Assembly: GCA_043228905.1 (NCBI GenBank) | Contig: JBHGNT010000020.1 | Location: 12,090,001 to 12,154,000 of the forward strand | DNA length: 64,000 nucleotides | Source: Azolla caroliniana | Taxonomy: Eukaryota > Plantae > Polypodiophyta | Direction of reading: 5' to 3' | Shown here: positions 1 through 14,700 of the stretch, one piece after another | Position numbering within the stretch: the first letter of the stretch is position 1 | Layout: each line of letters starts with the position of its first letter | The notes under the pieces: model-generated | The model's database searches: none | Seen by the model: the letters and a program-made list of their open reading frames with translations, nothing else | Told to the model about the DNA's origin: nothing | Program-made: the position numbers and the translations under genes

Positions 1-2063
1 TCAGTTTTCCTTAGAGAAGCATATAATGGTTCAGAGCTTATTGAGAAAGATCCTTTATTGGTTGTGAAAGAGAAATTGGGAAAGTTGATGGAAAGAGAGA
101 CTGGAAATTATGAGGTAGTGAGTAATGACGATTTTTATGATGAAGTTGATGAAAATGTCAATGATGATGACGACAATAACAGCGATGATGATAACATTAG
201 TGTGGTATTAGATTGTAGTGATGATGAAGATGAGGTGAAAAAATCTCAATGGAAATCACAAGAAGTTAGACCACTCTTGCAGAGATTATCAAGCATTCAG
301 AAAGATCAAGCCATGGCTACAGTTTGTCCACAAGAAAGATGGTAAAAATCTGCCATTGTAGTTGGACATTATGTAGTTTTATACGCACTAAAATTTCCAC
401 TTGAATCGCGGTTTTACTTTTCATCGGCATTATACTTGAGAGAGTATATGGTCTTGGATTCCTAGTGATTGTGCTATGTTCAGAGGTCTAATCTTCTTTA
501 GTTTGAATGGTCATCTCTAGTCTTTTAGTTTCTAACACTGAACTAAGCGATCACTGCTTAGCAAGTTGGTTTTTTTTATATTGCATCAAATGGAGGGCTG
601 AATGCCACATCATATAGGGGGTAGCAAATGTATAACATTAGACCTTATTGATATGACTTACTATGGTTCATGGATGACATGACTCTTCTTATTATGGTTC
701 CTATCATCAACAGGGCAAAACCAGTGAGATCTTCGGTGAGAGGAAAGCCCCAGAAAGAAGCCCATACTGTCTGGATACCCTCCTAAGGTGGAACCAGCAC
801 TCTGTGAATGCCTAGTAGAATATGGGAAGGAGCCTATGCATTTCTCATGCCTGGGGTTGAATCAGTATAACTAAAAAGGCAAGCAATGTTTACCTGGGGT
901 TTTATAAATCTAATCCACACTATCCTTTATGATACCAAGTGCTTACTGGACAATGCTGCATTTAGAATTCTTTCGATATTTTTTTCTCCTTTTTGTTTAA
1001 TTAGTGAAATAAGATGCATTACCATGAAAGGATGTGGTTTCTCAAAGGCACTGGCACCAGATGTTGGGAGTTCATACTGTGAACTTAATCAACAAGTGGA
1101 AGTCTCTACAAAACTCCTCACTTGAATATTCAGCATTTTGGTGTGGGAATATATGCCACTGCTATAGATGCTAACAACATTGTACACTGAAGTTAAGTTA
1201 TAAACATTCGTTGCAATGCAATACTTGCAAATCATCTATCTTGTAACTAAAAGGTAAATATTGTCTGAGCATCAATATCAAATATCTACTAACAAGTATG
1301 GATGATGTGAGGAAGAAAAGCGATGCCATAGGTTTTGTCCAGGCTATGCTGTGTACACCATGGGTTTAGTTGATTTCGAGGATAAATGGCTATGTGCAAC
1401 AAAGATGCAGGGTGCAAACCATATTGTTACTGAAGATAAGATCTCTTACAATGTGCAGAATAATGATGATTAAATGGTCGAGTGTGTAAATAAGCAATGT
1501 ATGAGGAGCATTATTTGATTAGCATTCATATTTGATGCTAAGGTGCTTGATGGGCATAGAGGATCATGGCTTGATTAGTGGCCATATTAGTTGACAAGGT
1601 TGTGTGAGCTAAGGCAAATTTTCTATAGCCTGACTAGTAGTGAAAGCCAGATCAAAGGGTTTAATATCAACATTGTTTGGCATTCAGAAAAGATGCACAT
1701 CCATGTGTACGTCCTAAGTTTTGTGGAGCTTTGGTCTCAATCTCTAATTAAGCTTGTACTCATAGCCATCAAACATCATTCAGAAAGAATCTATTGATTT
1801 TGTGTGTGGGTCATGAGAGAACAAATCAAAATCAAGTGGTTAGTTTACTTCACGGGTGGAAAATAAGCCCATTTTGGCAGAATATGTGTACGTGATGTGT
1901 TTGTTAAGTCCAATGAGGACGTGTAGACCTTCCAAGCCAAAATCAATGATAAAAGCTAAATATGGATTGTAAATCAAAGAGCTTTATGAATGGTACGATT
2001 AGAACAAAACGAGAGACACCTTTAGAGGAGAGAATGCACAAAAGATACATACACGTGCACACA

Positions 2064-2095
<32 letters not shown>

Positions 2096-4294
2096 GAGAG
2101 GTTTTCTAATAGTTGGTAAGAGAGGAGATAGAGAGAAAATTTAAGAAGTAATTTGGGGGATTGAAAGATGAGGCATTGCGAGGCAAGGTAGCCAAGTTTA
2201 AGATGTGCTAGGCTATCACCATGTTGAAGAAGGTTAAGGTTAGGCTTAACACCATGTTGAACTTCTTAAAGAGAGAAGAGAATAGTATACCAACATGCAA
2301 AGCAACGGTTTGAAGGTTTAGCATTGTAGTTGAGGCTTTGGTCTCCTTTATTTGGAGGTACAAGCATTAATTACAACCATACCTTTGCACACAGATCTAT
2401 TGAAATGTAAGTTTTGTTGCTTCATCAATCATTTTAAGTTTTCTCCCTTCCTATTGATGACTTTAGCAAGCCAAACACATTATGCCTTGTTTTGATAGTA
2501 TTTCATAAAGATATATCATAACCTTGGATCATGGGGTGGAAATCAAAGATGATTTTGGATCTTGAAAACCTATTATTTTGCACCACTTTGTTGTATTGAT
2601 CTTACTATTAAATTTGCTTGTGTTGATTCATTGGTAAATGTAAACACGCCATAATCAACCCACAATAAGAGCTATTGGACTTCATATTTATCCTTGACCA
2701 CTATTGTGAAATAGTGTAACATAGATTTTTGGTGAGTCCAAGGTTACTTTGGATCCGTCAATGTGGGAAAACATATTCTCTCATATTATCCCTGGTCATT
2801 CAAATGCATTGTTTCAAGCCTTGTATTCATCATCATCATCAATTCATATGATGGAAACTCATCTTAACATAATTTATAATGGATGGATTTATCTTGGATA
2901 TCTAATTCTATGTTATCGTTTGTATAGATATGAGCATGATATGGACTAATATTTTTGTAGAATATGTCAATGGGTCCCATTAAAATTCCGCATCTTTTGG
3001 GAAGGAAAGCAACTGGTATTGACTTTATCGCTTATGTTAGAGCCTAAATTTCTTTGAGACAATAATGACGATTGTGGGTTTTTTGGCTTTGAATTGTTTG
3101 CAACCCATGTTGGGTTGATAAGAACTTATATCATATTAATATTGTGATGTTACATCAATAACAATATATTTGAAGTCATGATTTTTTTTCATGGTGTTAT
3201 CACACTTTAGGCAAGAAAAATATCATTGAATAATAGTTGGGTTCTGATTTTGTATTTCCATCACTTGTTACAAAAACCTATTGCTTGTGATTGCACATGC
3301 TTTGGAGCATAATACATCTTGGATAAATGTATGCATAGAAGGCAATCACACCAATGGTAAGAAATAAAATAGCATATGTAAAAGAACATAGATAGATGAG
3401 TCACACTTCATTGAGAGGATAATGTCGGAGGGGAGGCATAAGTAGGGCATAAGGTAAGGATTATTTATGTTGAGGTGACAAATTATACTCATGTTTTCGG
3501 CTATCTACATATGGTGTCAAAACTCATACTGAGCATTTGAAGGGGACAAATAGATATGCATACATGATACAACTATGTTTGTCATGTGACAACAAAGTAT
3601 TCAGTTATGGAACTTGTTGTACCAACTTCCAAGTATGATCAAGGCAATGTTCAAATTGAAGACTCAATCAATATAGTTGCCCCATCAATCCCAATTTCCA
3701 TAAGATATGTCTCATTTGAAGAGGCATAAGGAGAAAATATTCATTTATAATTGGACAGTTTGATCAATGGATGGAATAATCAAAAGTGCATTGTATTTAG
3801 CATCATTGCCACTTTCTTGTATGATTCCACCATTGATAGTAGGTTGTATGATGTTATAAAGGAGGGTAGGCAATCAAATATCATCAAAACTAGGCCTTAG
3901 ACCTGAATGAAAGGATATGGACAATGTGAACACTATATGGGATCAAAGTATATGTAAAAGATAAGGACATTATAGGTCACATCTGAATAGCTAGGCTTAC
4001 ACGATATGGAAAGACGATGGACTACATGAAACCTATATAAAGACAAAAGTTTGTGTGCTTGTTAAGGATATGGATGACCTAAAAAAATCTTACAGACACA
4101 TATTGTCCACATGTAAAGCCTTGTCGACAATATAAAAGCATATGGACAGGTTTGTAAAGGATTTGACAATATGAAAGCTTATGGACACAAGTGTACAATT
4201 TGTGTTTCTAAAGCCTTATGCACACCAATGTGCTTCAAAGCACTACACATGATTATGGACACCACTCTTTGGAGAAAAATCATGAGTATTTGGG

Positions 4295-4570
4295 TCATTG
4301 TAGGAAATGAAGAGCCATGATGAGGACAACAATGAAGAAGAGGAGACCTGGAACCATTGAAGAAATCAAAAGAAGAAACTTGCCACTTGCCACGATTATT
4401 AGAGAAAATAGGACCTCTCCGATACCTTTCTGATATTCATAGTCGTCTTCTTCTTCAATTTGTAAAATTTGTGAAACAAGTGATGAATGGTTCACCACCA
4501 TAGCCACTACCATTGCCACTATGAATAGAGGTATCAATGGGGATGGTTGCATCCTAAACACACTTCCCAT
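4295..4570 (-). CDS. Candidate small membrane protein (91 aa)
   Basis: Single ATG-initiated ORF (caaATGG context) with hydrophobic segments on both sides of an acidic EEEDDYEY spacer. A (CT)n tract at ~5184-5203 on this strand is typical of plant 5' UTRs. No family recognised. Confidence 0.35.
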   Translation of the reverse strand: MGSVFRMQPSPLIPLFIVAMVVAMVVNHSSLVSQILQIEEEDDYEYQKGIGEVLFSLIIVASGKFLLLISSMVPGLLFFIVVLIMALHFLQ

Positions 4571-5579
4571 TTGAATTAAAATACAATCCTAGTTTGTCTT
4601 TAGTTTGAGATACCTTTAAAACCTGTAATTGATGTTGATCCCTTAATTGATCCACTTGCTAATTTTCAATATTATGAAAGGGTGGATAGATAGATATTAT
4701 GAATGCTAATAGGAGACAGACCAATACAATTAATGGGGTGGAACCGAGTCCAAGGCGAGGATGAGACAAACTTGGGTTTTCTCAAATTTGAAGGTGTAGA
4801 ACCACCAAGCCAGTAGCTAGCATGAAGTATCAATTGAGGAAGAAGAAAAGACTAACCTAGAACCTATGTGATTCATATGAACCTCTAAAATTATTGAGAC
4901 AGAGATTATCAAATCGAAAGTGTAAGAATAGTGCCTTGGATCCAAGTATTTTTTATATATGTTGAAGAGAGGCACCCCAAATGAAAATCTTGAAAATGAG
5001 AAAAGAGGGAGAATAATATATTTTATTATGTGTTTATAATAGAGGGATCTTTCAAATGTGTGTATATTATGCACACACGTACATTGACTTGACAATTTTG
5101 TCTTGGGTTTCTTCATTGAAGCTTCCCTATTCTTTTTTCTATGCTTTTTCATCACATTTTCTTCTTGACCAAGAATGGCATTGAGAGAGAGAGAGAGAGA
5201 GAGATTTTAAGAACAAATTCCTCAAGAACTTAATGAAAATTCTTTGTTGAAAATTAAAAAGATCCACACTATATTTTATGTTCTTCAATTTTGGCATCAT
5301 AAAATTTTAAGTAATTTAGTTAGTAAATTCTTGCATACAAATTTAAAAGTCTCACATCATGTCGCAATTGCACTTGAAGTTGGAGGGTTTATAGAATACA
5401 TATTTGTGTGAGTCTTGACTTGAAGAGGTTCTATACATTTTACTAGCTGCTTGTGGTATTGAACAATGTCAACCAAACCAATTCAAGTGTTTTTTACATA
5501 AAAAAAGAGAAACTTTGGATGTTCCTCAGATAGTTAATTTTGAGAGCTTTCAGTTGGTGGTTAAAAGGAGAGCATATAG

Positions 5580-6040
5580 ATTTTTTTGGATGTCTTTTAG
5601 TGGTAGACCTAGTGTGTTGATGGTAGTTCTAGAAAATGACTAGAGTGCATGAATTTGGAGTTTTAAGATTGTGGGCATTTGTCCTAATTCCCGAGAACCC
5701 CACCTTGAATTTGCAAGTCATTGTGGAAGAAAGTACTGAGTTAGCGGGTTCATCCTCCACCTTGGTTTTTCCCTTTTTCAATTGAATTGATTGCAACATA
5801 CACTTTGGATCCATATATACATATTTTTGGACGTCTTTTGGTGGTAGATCTAGTGTCTTGATGGTACTTCTATCAAAAGACTAGAGTGCGTGCATTTGGA
5901 ATTTTAAGATTGTGGACAATTGTCCTAATTCCCACAAACCCCACTGGAAAAAAGTAACGAGTCATCAAGTTCATTCACCAACTTGGTTCTTCCAGTTCCC
6001 TTTTTCAATTGAATCGATTGCAACATACAATTTGGATTCT
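5580..6040. repeat. Diverged tandem duplication, copies ~241 bp apart
   Basis: tttttggatgtcttttagtggtagacctagtgt... at ~5583 recurs as tttttggacgtcttttggtggtagatctagtgt... at ~5824, and similarity continues to the ccctttttcaattgaa block. Confidence 0.8.
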
Positions 6041-6618
6041 TGTGTTTATTGTAGCACGTTTTCAAACACTATTTGTTCTCAAATTTTCTCAACATTCTAT
6101 TGACAACAATTATAAGATGCAATTTCAATGGTTGGACTTTATTGTTCCTAAAGTAAAATACAACAATCAATATTGCAACCATAAGTTATGCTAATTATTT
6201 TAGGTTTTTCTTTCCTTATTACATCTCCTACACATCAATTTTCTGCCTGCCGCATAGTAAGTATGATTTAGGATACATATTCCTTCCTCGAAATTTCTTT
6301 TGTTTCATTAATGGAAAATGGAACAACAATTCTCAAGTTTACTCGTAACTTTACTTCTATTCTAAATATTTTGGCAATCTGAATTATGTAGTCCCCCATC
6401 CATGGTTGTGCAGATATTCTACATTTATATGCATGACACTAGTATGTGTATGTATGTCAATGACCAAATTTGAGAACTTGCAAAGGCTCATGGTCGAAGT
6501 GTGTTGTCTAGCACGTTAAGTGTTGAGCAAAAACAATATTTTTTATTAAATCCTTGTGAGACAATAAATTTTCGCAATTCGAAGCCCTAGCCCATAGCTT
6601 CATCATAATATGCATAGA

Positions 6619-6668
<50 letters not shown>

Positions 6669-6959
6669 TATAGTACTTACAATCTTAGTTTAGGTTTTGT
6701 TAACGTTCACAAGTGCCAAAGTTCAGCCATGTGAAATGTATCGTAATGATCTCATGCATCAACTTTGGGTGCCCCATACCTTGTGAGACATTTCTTGGAT
6801 GTAATTCCCTCTTGCTTAATTTCACTGTGAATTCTGTTGGTCTAATGCTCCCTCATTCCCTAAATCAATAAAATGGTTTGTCCCTAATTAATGAAAACCT
6901 TTCTCTCTCAAACACACACACACACACAGTCTCTCTCTCTCTCTCTCAAATAATGGCTT

Positions 6960-7900
6960 TCATTACAAAAGAAAAAAACACCACCAAGACTAACTTACAA
7001 CAAAGTATAGAACCCTTCTATGAATCTAAATACTACTATAGTCTATGACTATAAACTCAATCTCATCGTACACAATGCACACCAATTAAAATGTTGAATA
7101 TGATGATATCTGACCTTGCAAACTTCTCTCTCTTTATGGTTGAGATTTTGTGATTTCTCTTGCACTATCAATTGCCACAAAAGAACTCCTTTAAACTTTA
7201 CAACATATTTTCTCATCCCAACTTGCAAATAAAATATGAAGTCATTCCACATATTCCAATTGAACCATAGGCCCCAATACCTCAAGAACTCAAAAATAGT
7301 TTGGAAATGAGGCATCGGTTCACTATTCTCCATATGTGCAAAAACCCAACCGAAGGAAGATAGTCTTATTCCAATTAAAGATATCCACACTAAATTGATA
7401 CACTTCCAAACCATTCTAGCCATCAAGCATGAAAGAAATCGATACCTAGTATATTTTAATTCTATCGAACAAAAAAAATACATCCCTCTAACAATGTTTC
7501 TTGTGTTTAATGCATGCCCCAATGGTAAAACTCCAACCATTACTCTCCAAATGAATACCTTAGCTTGTAACATTAATAAAGAACACCAATGTACCTTGAT
7601 CACATGAAACCATTAGGTAATGGGCTTACAAAAACTCCATATCTTCATAACCCTTTCTTCCATCCACTTATGTTTCGATGATCAATGAGAGATCAATGCA
7701 ACATACACACTGGAATGTTAATACTCTCTTGTTTGTTTGATGTACACTATGGCATTGGAAGTCATAAAATGGTGAGAACAAAATATTGATACCATAATGA
7801 AAATACCACTTTCCAATGCATTTGTTGATATATCAACTTGTTTACTTGATTACATGATATAACCTTCATTTCTTTGGGGGCCAGATTGTTAACTCCATAA
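6960..7900 (-). mobile_element. L1-clade LINE 3' fragment (zf-RVT region)
   Basis: ORF 7049-7603 reads AKVFIWRVMVGVLPLG...FCSIE...FLSCLMARMVW, the plant L1 zf-RVT pattern in degenerate form. It ends next to simple repeats. Confidence 0.7.
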
Positions 7901-8275
7901 CCTCATATTTCTTAAGTGTGCCATAATGTTGTCGAGTTTCTTGTTGAAGAGAACTGTTTATCATATTAGTACATTAGATACGAGTGCTAATGTACAAGAT
8001 CCCATTAGAACACCATAGTTAAACGCACTTGGGCCTGAACAATCCAGTGCCTTAGTTGTGCATATTGCACGCCAATGATCAAGGTGACAGGGTTCACATG
8101 TGGAAGATGTTTTCTATTTGTTTAAATTAACAAAATCTCAGTTACAATAGGAAAAAACTCTATCTTTACGCGATGCCCTTTTATTTACATAACAAAGGGT
8201 TCATGAAAAGCCAGTAAATTTATTGCACATAATTTTCTATTGCCATGTTAAGTATTTTCCATAGCATGATACATC

Positions 8276-10925
8276 TCAATACCAATCTACCCACTTTGTT
8301 GATGACTTTGCCTCTCGTTTAGGTGGAGTATATCTTCCATTCTCAAACTTGGCACGCGAAAGCAAGCTTTCCAGGAGGCTGATTTCATTGGAGTATAGAG
8401 TTCCCTCCAATGCCCTACATGTAAGAACTCTTTACGATCAGAATTAGTTTCTATGGACTAAGATGGAGCTATTATTCTTAGCCATAGGATAGAAAAACCT
8501 TCGAAAAATTCGTTCTACAATTTGTCTTTGAAGTGGCGTAACATAATAGATGCAATTTCTAGGACATTGTCCAACGGCAAGTTGAACCGCGTAGTCATCG
8601 GGAGGTCCTTAAATTCATAAAACTGTCAATGAGAATCAATGTGTATATGGGAGTTCAAGGTAGATTTAGCATTGTATTCTTATGGTTTTTCAAAAAACAT
8701 CATTTTCACCTTGTGCCACGGACCTTGCACATCCTGTGTCGGGTGCAAATCTAAAAACTGAAGGAGCCCTCTCCACACATGAACAGGGACATCCTAACAA
8801 AAAAACAAACTATACATTAGAATTTATGTTCCATTTCATCATCTCTTTGGACTCTGACCTTGAAACATACCTCTACCCATGCAATTTAGTTCATAAACAA
8901 AGACTTCTTGCGCCTCGCATTCTGGATATTCAAAAGGATCCAGAGACATCCTGAAAAACTAGCACAACTAATCTCTTCAAAGAAACAAAATTCAGTGTAA
9001 TATTTTTTGTGTAATAATCTATCTCTTCATATGCTATATATACCTCTTAGATGCAGTTCGATCTACTTGCTTCATTAGTGACTGTCGAAAAAAGGTAGTA
9101 AGATTGTTAGATGGAAATTTGGTAATTAAGCAAACACAATGTTTTAAGAGTAGGCATGCATGGACTTAAACTTACTCACAATTGTATCCAGTCAGACTTC
9201 AGAATTCCATGCCAAGAGGGCTCAGAGCAAGCATAATGAGCACCTCATGGTGGAATATTTCTTGACTAAGCAATTCATTCGGTCTGCTCTAGATGCCCGA
9301 GGATAACACATGAATCCTCACAAAGAAGATTGATTGCATCAAAAGATACATAGTATCATTGCTCGAGATTGAGCATGATCCCCTCAGGCAGTTCACTGCA
9401 GAGGACATTGATGGCATCCAGCATCATCCTATTCAAAATGTTCATGGGCTGATCGATGCACCCACATTCTACCTCTCTCATTATGCATTTATTGTATCCT
9501 CTGCATTACTTGTACCCAGGGTCCCTATATCATTGACTTGTGATTACAACCTAGTCACATGGGGTCTTTAACTGGTTTGTGTACAATTTAATTTTGCATT
9601 CTCCTACCAGATTTTTTACATGGATGCAACATTCGGTCTTTTTTCCTAAAGACCTATAGTCAATCGAATCAGAAAAAATCTAAAGTTTGATAATAAAGGT
9701 TTTTAGAAAACTTCTGAAACCTTTGCTTCTTGAGACTAAAGAAAAGACGATTTTCATAAACAGAATGAAACAGCTGAATCTAGCGAATATCAAACCTCAT
9801 AAGCTTCTATCAACCTTTGGGTTATCAACACTGCGTTGTCTTCACCTTTGTAAACATCAGGATGATACTCTTTCACCTGGGTAAAACAAATATAGCAGAA
9901 GTGTCAGGTAGAAGTAACAATGTAACACTAAAAACAAAGCAGGGATAAAATCACTTATGATCAAACACAAGATACGTTATCATAGACATGCAAAAAAACG
10001 TAGAAAAACACAATGATCTGGAGGATTCATTTCATTGTCACATATATATTTGATCTCTTCATTATCAATCTCGACAGAGGAAAACAAACATTTGCTGATT
10101 TGGAAATGCTTACATAGATTCACAATTAATAAGTATCTTCTTCTCTTATCTCTTTTTGTCTCAAGCTTCTTCAAGCAATATGCAGTCAAAGAGGGAATAT
10201 ACATCATGATACTTGTGCATTTTTTGGGATCAATGCATAGAGAACATATCTACAATCATTGTTTCCCCATTTAACCTCAACAACGTTACAGATACTTTAT
10301 TGCCATTCACCATACTACATACGGTTATATGCTTAAATCAATCTAATGAAGTGCTAATACAACATACCAAATGATAGATTGGCCTCACCACACCACATAC
10401 ACATATCTGCATAATCAGTCTAATGATTGACATTCACCGTAACAAATAGACGTATATGCTTAATCAATCTAATAAAAAGGCTTGAACAACATATCTAATG
10501 ATAAATTGGCATTCATCATATCACATACACATCTATGTTTACCCAATTCTATTCAGAAATTATTGGGCCCAAAACACAAAAAGCACATCTAATGATAGAT
10601 TAGCATTCACAATATGAAATACAAATATACGCTCAATCAATCCAATGAAAAATATTTGAACCCAGAATAAATAAATGGATATTTATTTTACCTTAGTTCT
10701 GAAAGCAGACTTGATATCTTCTTCACTGGAATTTTCTGAAATGCCCAAGATCTGGAAAGGGCTAGGTTTCGAAGAATCTGAGGAAGACTCATGGAATGTC
10801 GCTCTGCATCTGAACCTCGAGGAAGAAGGTACGCAAGAAGGGTTGAAATCAATGGGCCGTTTTCCTTTGTGTTTGGAAGCAAAGGAGTGGAAAGAAGAAA
10901 CCGGATATGGACACAGAACGATCAT
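8276..10925 (-). CDS. DJC82: Chloroplast J-domain + ferredoxin-like (DnaJ-Fer) co-chaperone, DJC82-like, ~254 aa, 7 exons
   Basis: Exons 10925-10692, 9876-9796, 9081-9044, 8950-8871, 8793-8710, 8607-8499 and 8414-8276, all GT-AG and in frame. Ser-rich transit peptide; J domain (SPFQILGI...AFRTKVKEYHPDVYKG); DPFEYPECEAQEVFV; CMGRGCPCSCVERAP; AVGQCPRNCIYYVT; C-terminus KSSTKWVDWY. Confidence 0.92.
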
Positions 10926-11158
10926 ACTGAGATGCAAAGATGAAAGTGAAGGTTTGGGGGGTGGGGGGGTCCTATGGATGTAAATAGACCAAACTCTGTT
11001 CAAGTACAAATGCTCACAAGAGTAGAAAAGCAGAGGAGTATGTATGTGTTTTTCATAGTAGCAAAAAAGAGGAGTGGAGGAGGAGAGTGCTTCTGTTTTC
11101 TGTGAAAATCGGCTGCACTGGAAAGCCGGTGTGGTATATGCCTTTTTGTATACATACA

Positions 11159-11201
<43 letters not shown>

Positions 11202-11307
11202 CAATATATGTATATGTACATAATAAGTATGCCGCAGCGTTTATGAAGAAAAAAACACAAAAAAAAAACATATAATAAGGTGGCTGGTATTACTACGTTA
11301 TTATAGC

Positions 11308-11692
11308 AAGAAGGAAACAGGGGAGGAAGAAAAGCCTGAGACAGAGACAGAGATAGAGATAGAGCGATTCACACACACACACACACACAAGAAACGAACA
11401 GGAAGGAAACAGGGGAAGGAAGCCTGAGACATAGCCACACAAGAACCCAACAGGAAGGAAACAGGGGAAGGAAGCCTGAGACATACACACACAAGAACCC
11501 AACAGGAAGGAAACAGGGGAAGGAAGCCTGAGACATAGCCACACAAGAAACCAACAGGAAGGAAACAGGGGAAGGAAGCCTAGGACATAGCCACACAAGA
11601 TACCAACAGGAAGGAAACAGGGAAAGGAAGCCTGGGACATAGCCACACAAGAAACCAACAGGAAGGAAACAGGGCAAGGAAGCCTGAGACAG
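11308..11692. repeat. 52-bp purine-rich minisatellite (~6 copies plus one degenerate) in the DJC82/DNAAF4 divergent promoter
   Basis: aggaaggaaacag recurs at 11400, 11452, 11504, 11556, 11608 and 11660, a period of 52. Confidence 0.95.
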
Positions 11693-11767
11693 AGACGGAG
11701 GCAGAGAGATTCAGACACACGTGCGCGCTCACATTGAGAGAGACAGACAGACAGACAGAGAGCAGTC

Positions 11768-14700
11768 ATGCCTATCACTCCCTCTCACACTTGGCATCAG
11801 AGCCCTTCCTGGCTCACCATCCATGTCGCCCTCCGCTCCATCTCACCGCACAACATCGACATCCTCAGTAAGTAGCTTCATCTCTCATTCTTCAGTCATT
11901 CATTTCTATTCGTCTGTGAAATGAAGTTCTTCATGATGCTTAATTTCTGCTTCATGATCTTCCTAAAGTACCAGACCAAGCTTTACATATGTCACGCTTT
12001 CAACTGGGATTTCTCATCAATTTCTTTACTTTCAATGATCTTTGTATGCAATGATCACTTGTTTCTACGTGTTTGATTCCGTCATGGATTTCGTTTGTGT
12101 GTGAAGACATATTCACTGTTCAGTAATCCATTCCCTTCGTTCTCTATACATTTCAACTCCTCCTACAAAGATCTCTGATTTGTTATCGTTTGGAGTCAGG
12201 TATTTGGCTTCTTATAAATTAGAATCAATGTACAGAAGTTCTGCATGTCAGGATGCTTAGTGTTGCATGGTCATCCAATTATTTTACTTCACTGCTAATT
12301 CCGCTCCTTTTCAGTTTTATGTTTCCATTATTTGGGATACTCATTGTGTTTCTTTGAAGGTCCATGGTAGCATTTGTTTAGACAAGGTCCAATCTTCAGA
12401 AGTAAAACATAAGTCCAGGGTCTCTGAACATTAAGAAAGAAACCATCAATTCCACAGTCAACGAACAGTTTTGATGAAACCTCAGTCTGATGCACTAAAG
12501 AAGCTCGTAATTAGATAGATTAGAGGTTGTTTTTCATCTTTCACATGGTTATTTTGGACATTTTAGCGGTCGCTTGGGTATATCTCATTTCAGAATAATG
12601 GCCACCATCATCCAACATGAAGAGTGTTTATTTCCCTTCCCAGAACCTCCATCTTGGTGTAGTCTATGTTGAGAGCTCGAGATTGCAGAATTTTCAGGTC
12701 TTCATTTCATTTGGAGCTCACATTTCTCTGGGGCCGCTCATTTGAATATCTAAAATTTGTCCAAGGGTTTTGAATCTCAAAGTAAAAAATTAAAGGATTC
12801 TCGGATTGCCATCATACCTTAGGTAGTTTTTACGCATTTCACTCCTCATAGATGAGACAATCTATAAAAAAATTTGCATGATTAATTTTCGTTTGACTTC
12901 TAACTCAACTTTAGATATCTCACTTACAGTATGTAAATTAGGTTATGGGTTTGAACAAGACTAGGGAATTGATTCACCAAATAACTGGCACAAGTGAGTC
13001 AGTGATAAGCATGCAGATTTCTATCGATGCATGGGAAACAGAACATCCCGATGCTTGGTATATGCCATTGTGCAACTAACGCATTGCGTCCGATGTCCAA
13101 GGGAAATGCTGATAATAGTGGCAAGTGAAGTTGGCTTGAATGCTTTGTCGTCACTATAGTCTTAAAGAGAGGATATCTCAAAGTATATATTGACTTTTTT
13201 TGTTTATTAATCCAATCATACTTGACACAACGCCTAATAATGGAAGAGCTCGGCATTAATCAGATTTTTTTGGAAAAATACCAAATTGTATGTAACAAGG
13301 TCAACTTCAAGATAAATTCTTCAAACCATTTTGGATAAACATTATCTGTAACATTATTTCCTTTACTTGTTCTGAATAAGTACAGAGAGTTATTGCTTCT
13401 TGAAGATGAATAACTCTTCTAAAGTCAATAATATTAGATGTTTGATGCATAGAATATCTGTCAATGTCAAACAATTGGAACACTCTTCATCTTTAGGTAG
13501 CTTACTCTATTGTATTCATGTAAGTCCATAATGGACCATAGTGGGTTATTAGTTGAGTTTGTGTAGATTATCAGGGCATTTCTGCCAATAGAGGTTTAAA
13601 CCATGGAAGTAAATCAAGATTGTCTTCATTGGTGTCATATAGATTTGAAAGTTAAATGTTAAGCCTTCTTTCTACTAGGGTAGACCCTCGTTCTTCTGCC
13701 AAAGGCAAAGTCATCCTCCCCTTCATGTATGAATGTAATTGAATAAGCGTCAGTTGATGCTAGTATATTTGAGCCAGAAATCTGTCATCTTGCCTTATCT
13801 AATTATTATTCTTGTAAATTTGTTCATATGCAGCGACAGAGTGCTATGTTAAGGTGAACTGCTCTCCATATTTGTTTCAAGCTGATCTATTTGGGGATAT
13901 TGACATTAGTAAGAGTTCTGCAGTTGTAGATAATGGCACTGTGCGGTTTTTCCTGATAAAGGTAGCTATATTTTGATATTTTGTCATTCCTTTTCATCTC
14001 TTAAGAATCTGTAGAATACCTTAGATAGTATTCTGCAGGTTGATTCCACACATGATATTTATTCCGCGATATATTCCGAATGCTCATTCACTCATTGACC
14101 ATTTAATAAAAATATCATAATATAGCTATTAAAGATGGGTTTTCTATTTATAGACAATTGTGTAGTGCCGTTCTGTTGTCTTTTCATTGAGCAATGGAGG
14201 AGATCAGATGGAGATATATATCGCTTTATGGATGCACAAATATCACTTTATGTTCTGAGCTCATTGTTAATATCTTGGTTCATATCTGGAAATGTACAGT
14301 CCGTTTTCTCAAAAAATAAAAGACATTCTCAGGGCCACCAATTATGCGAGCATACACATATTGATTAGGCTGGTTAGGATGCAAGATCTTGGTCCTCTTA
14401 TTTTGTCAAGATAAGAGGACCAAGATTTTCCTTGAATGTAGATTTCATCACCTAGCACTACATATTTCATTGCCTAAAGTAGAGGGATGTACTAGCAATG
14501 GGCCCGGTTTTGGCTCAAACCGAACCGAACCGAACCGTTAAACTGTGGCTTAACGGTTTATTGGTGCAAAGATAAATAAACTGTTTGGTTTGGTTTCAAA
14601 TGTTATGATCCGGTTTGGTTCGGTTTTGAATTTCATGGTTTAGCGGTTTAGCGGTTTCGGTTTAAAGGTTTATAAGTTTAAAGGTTTATAAGTTAAAAAA

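Noticed and set aside
58-345. Acidic 95-aa ORF at the window edge
   Set aside because: Low-complexity and non-ATG start. It may be the tail of a transposon gene, but it has no diagnostic motif.
11293-11778. Overlapping hydrophobic ORFs; CRISPR-like periodicity
   Set aside because: These are translations of the 52-bp minisatellite. There are no unique spacers or cas genes, and the context is eukaryotic.
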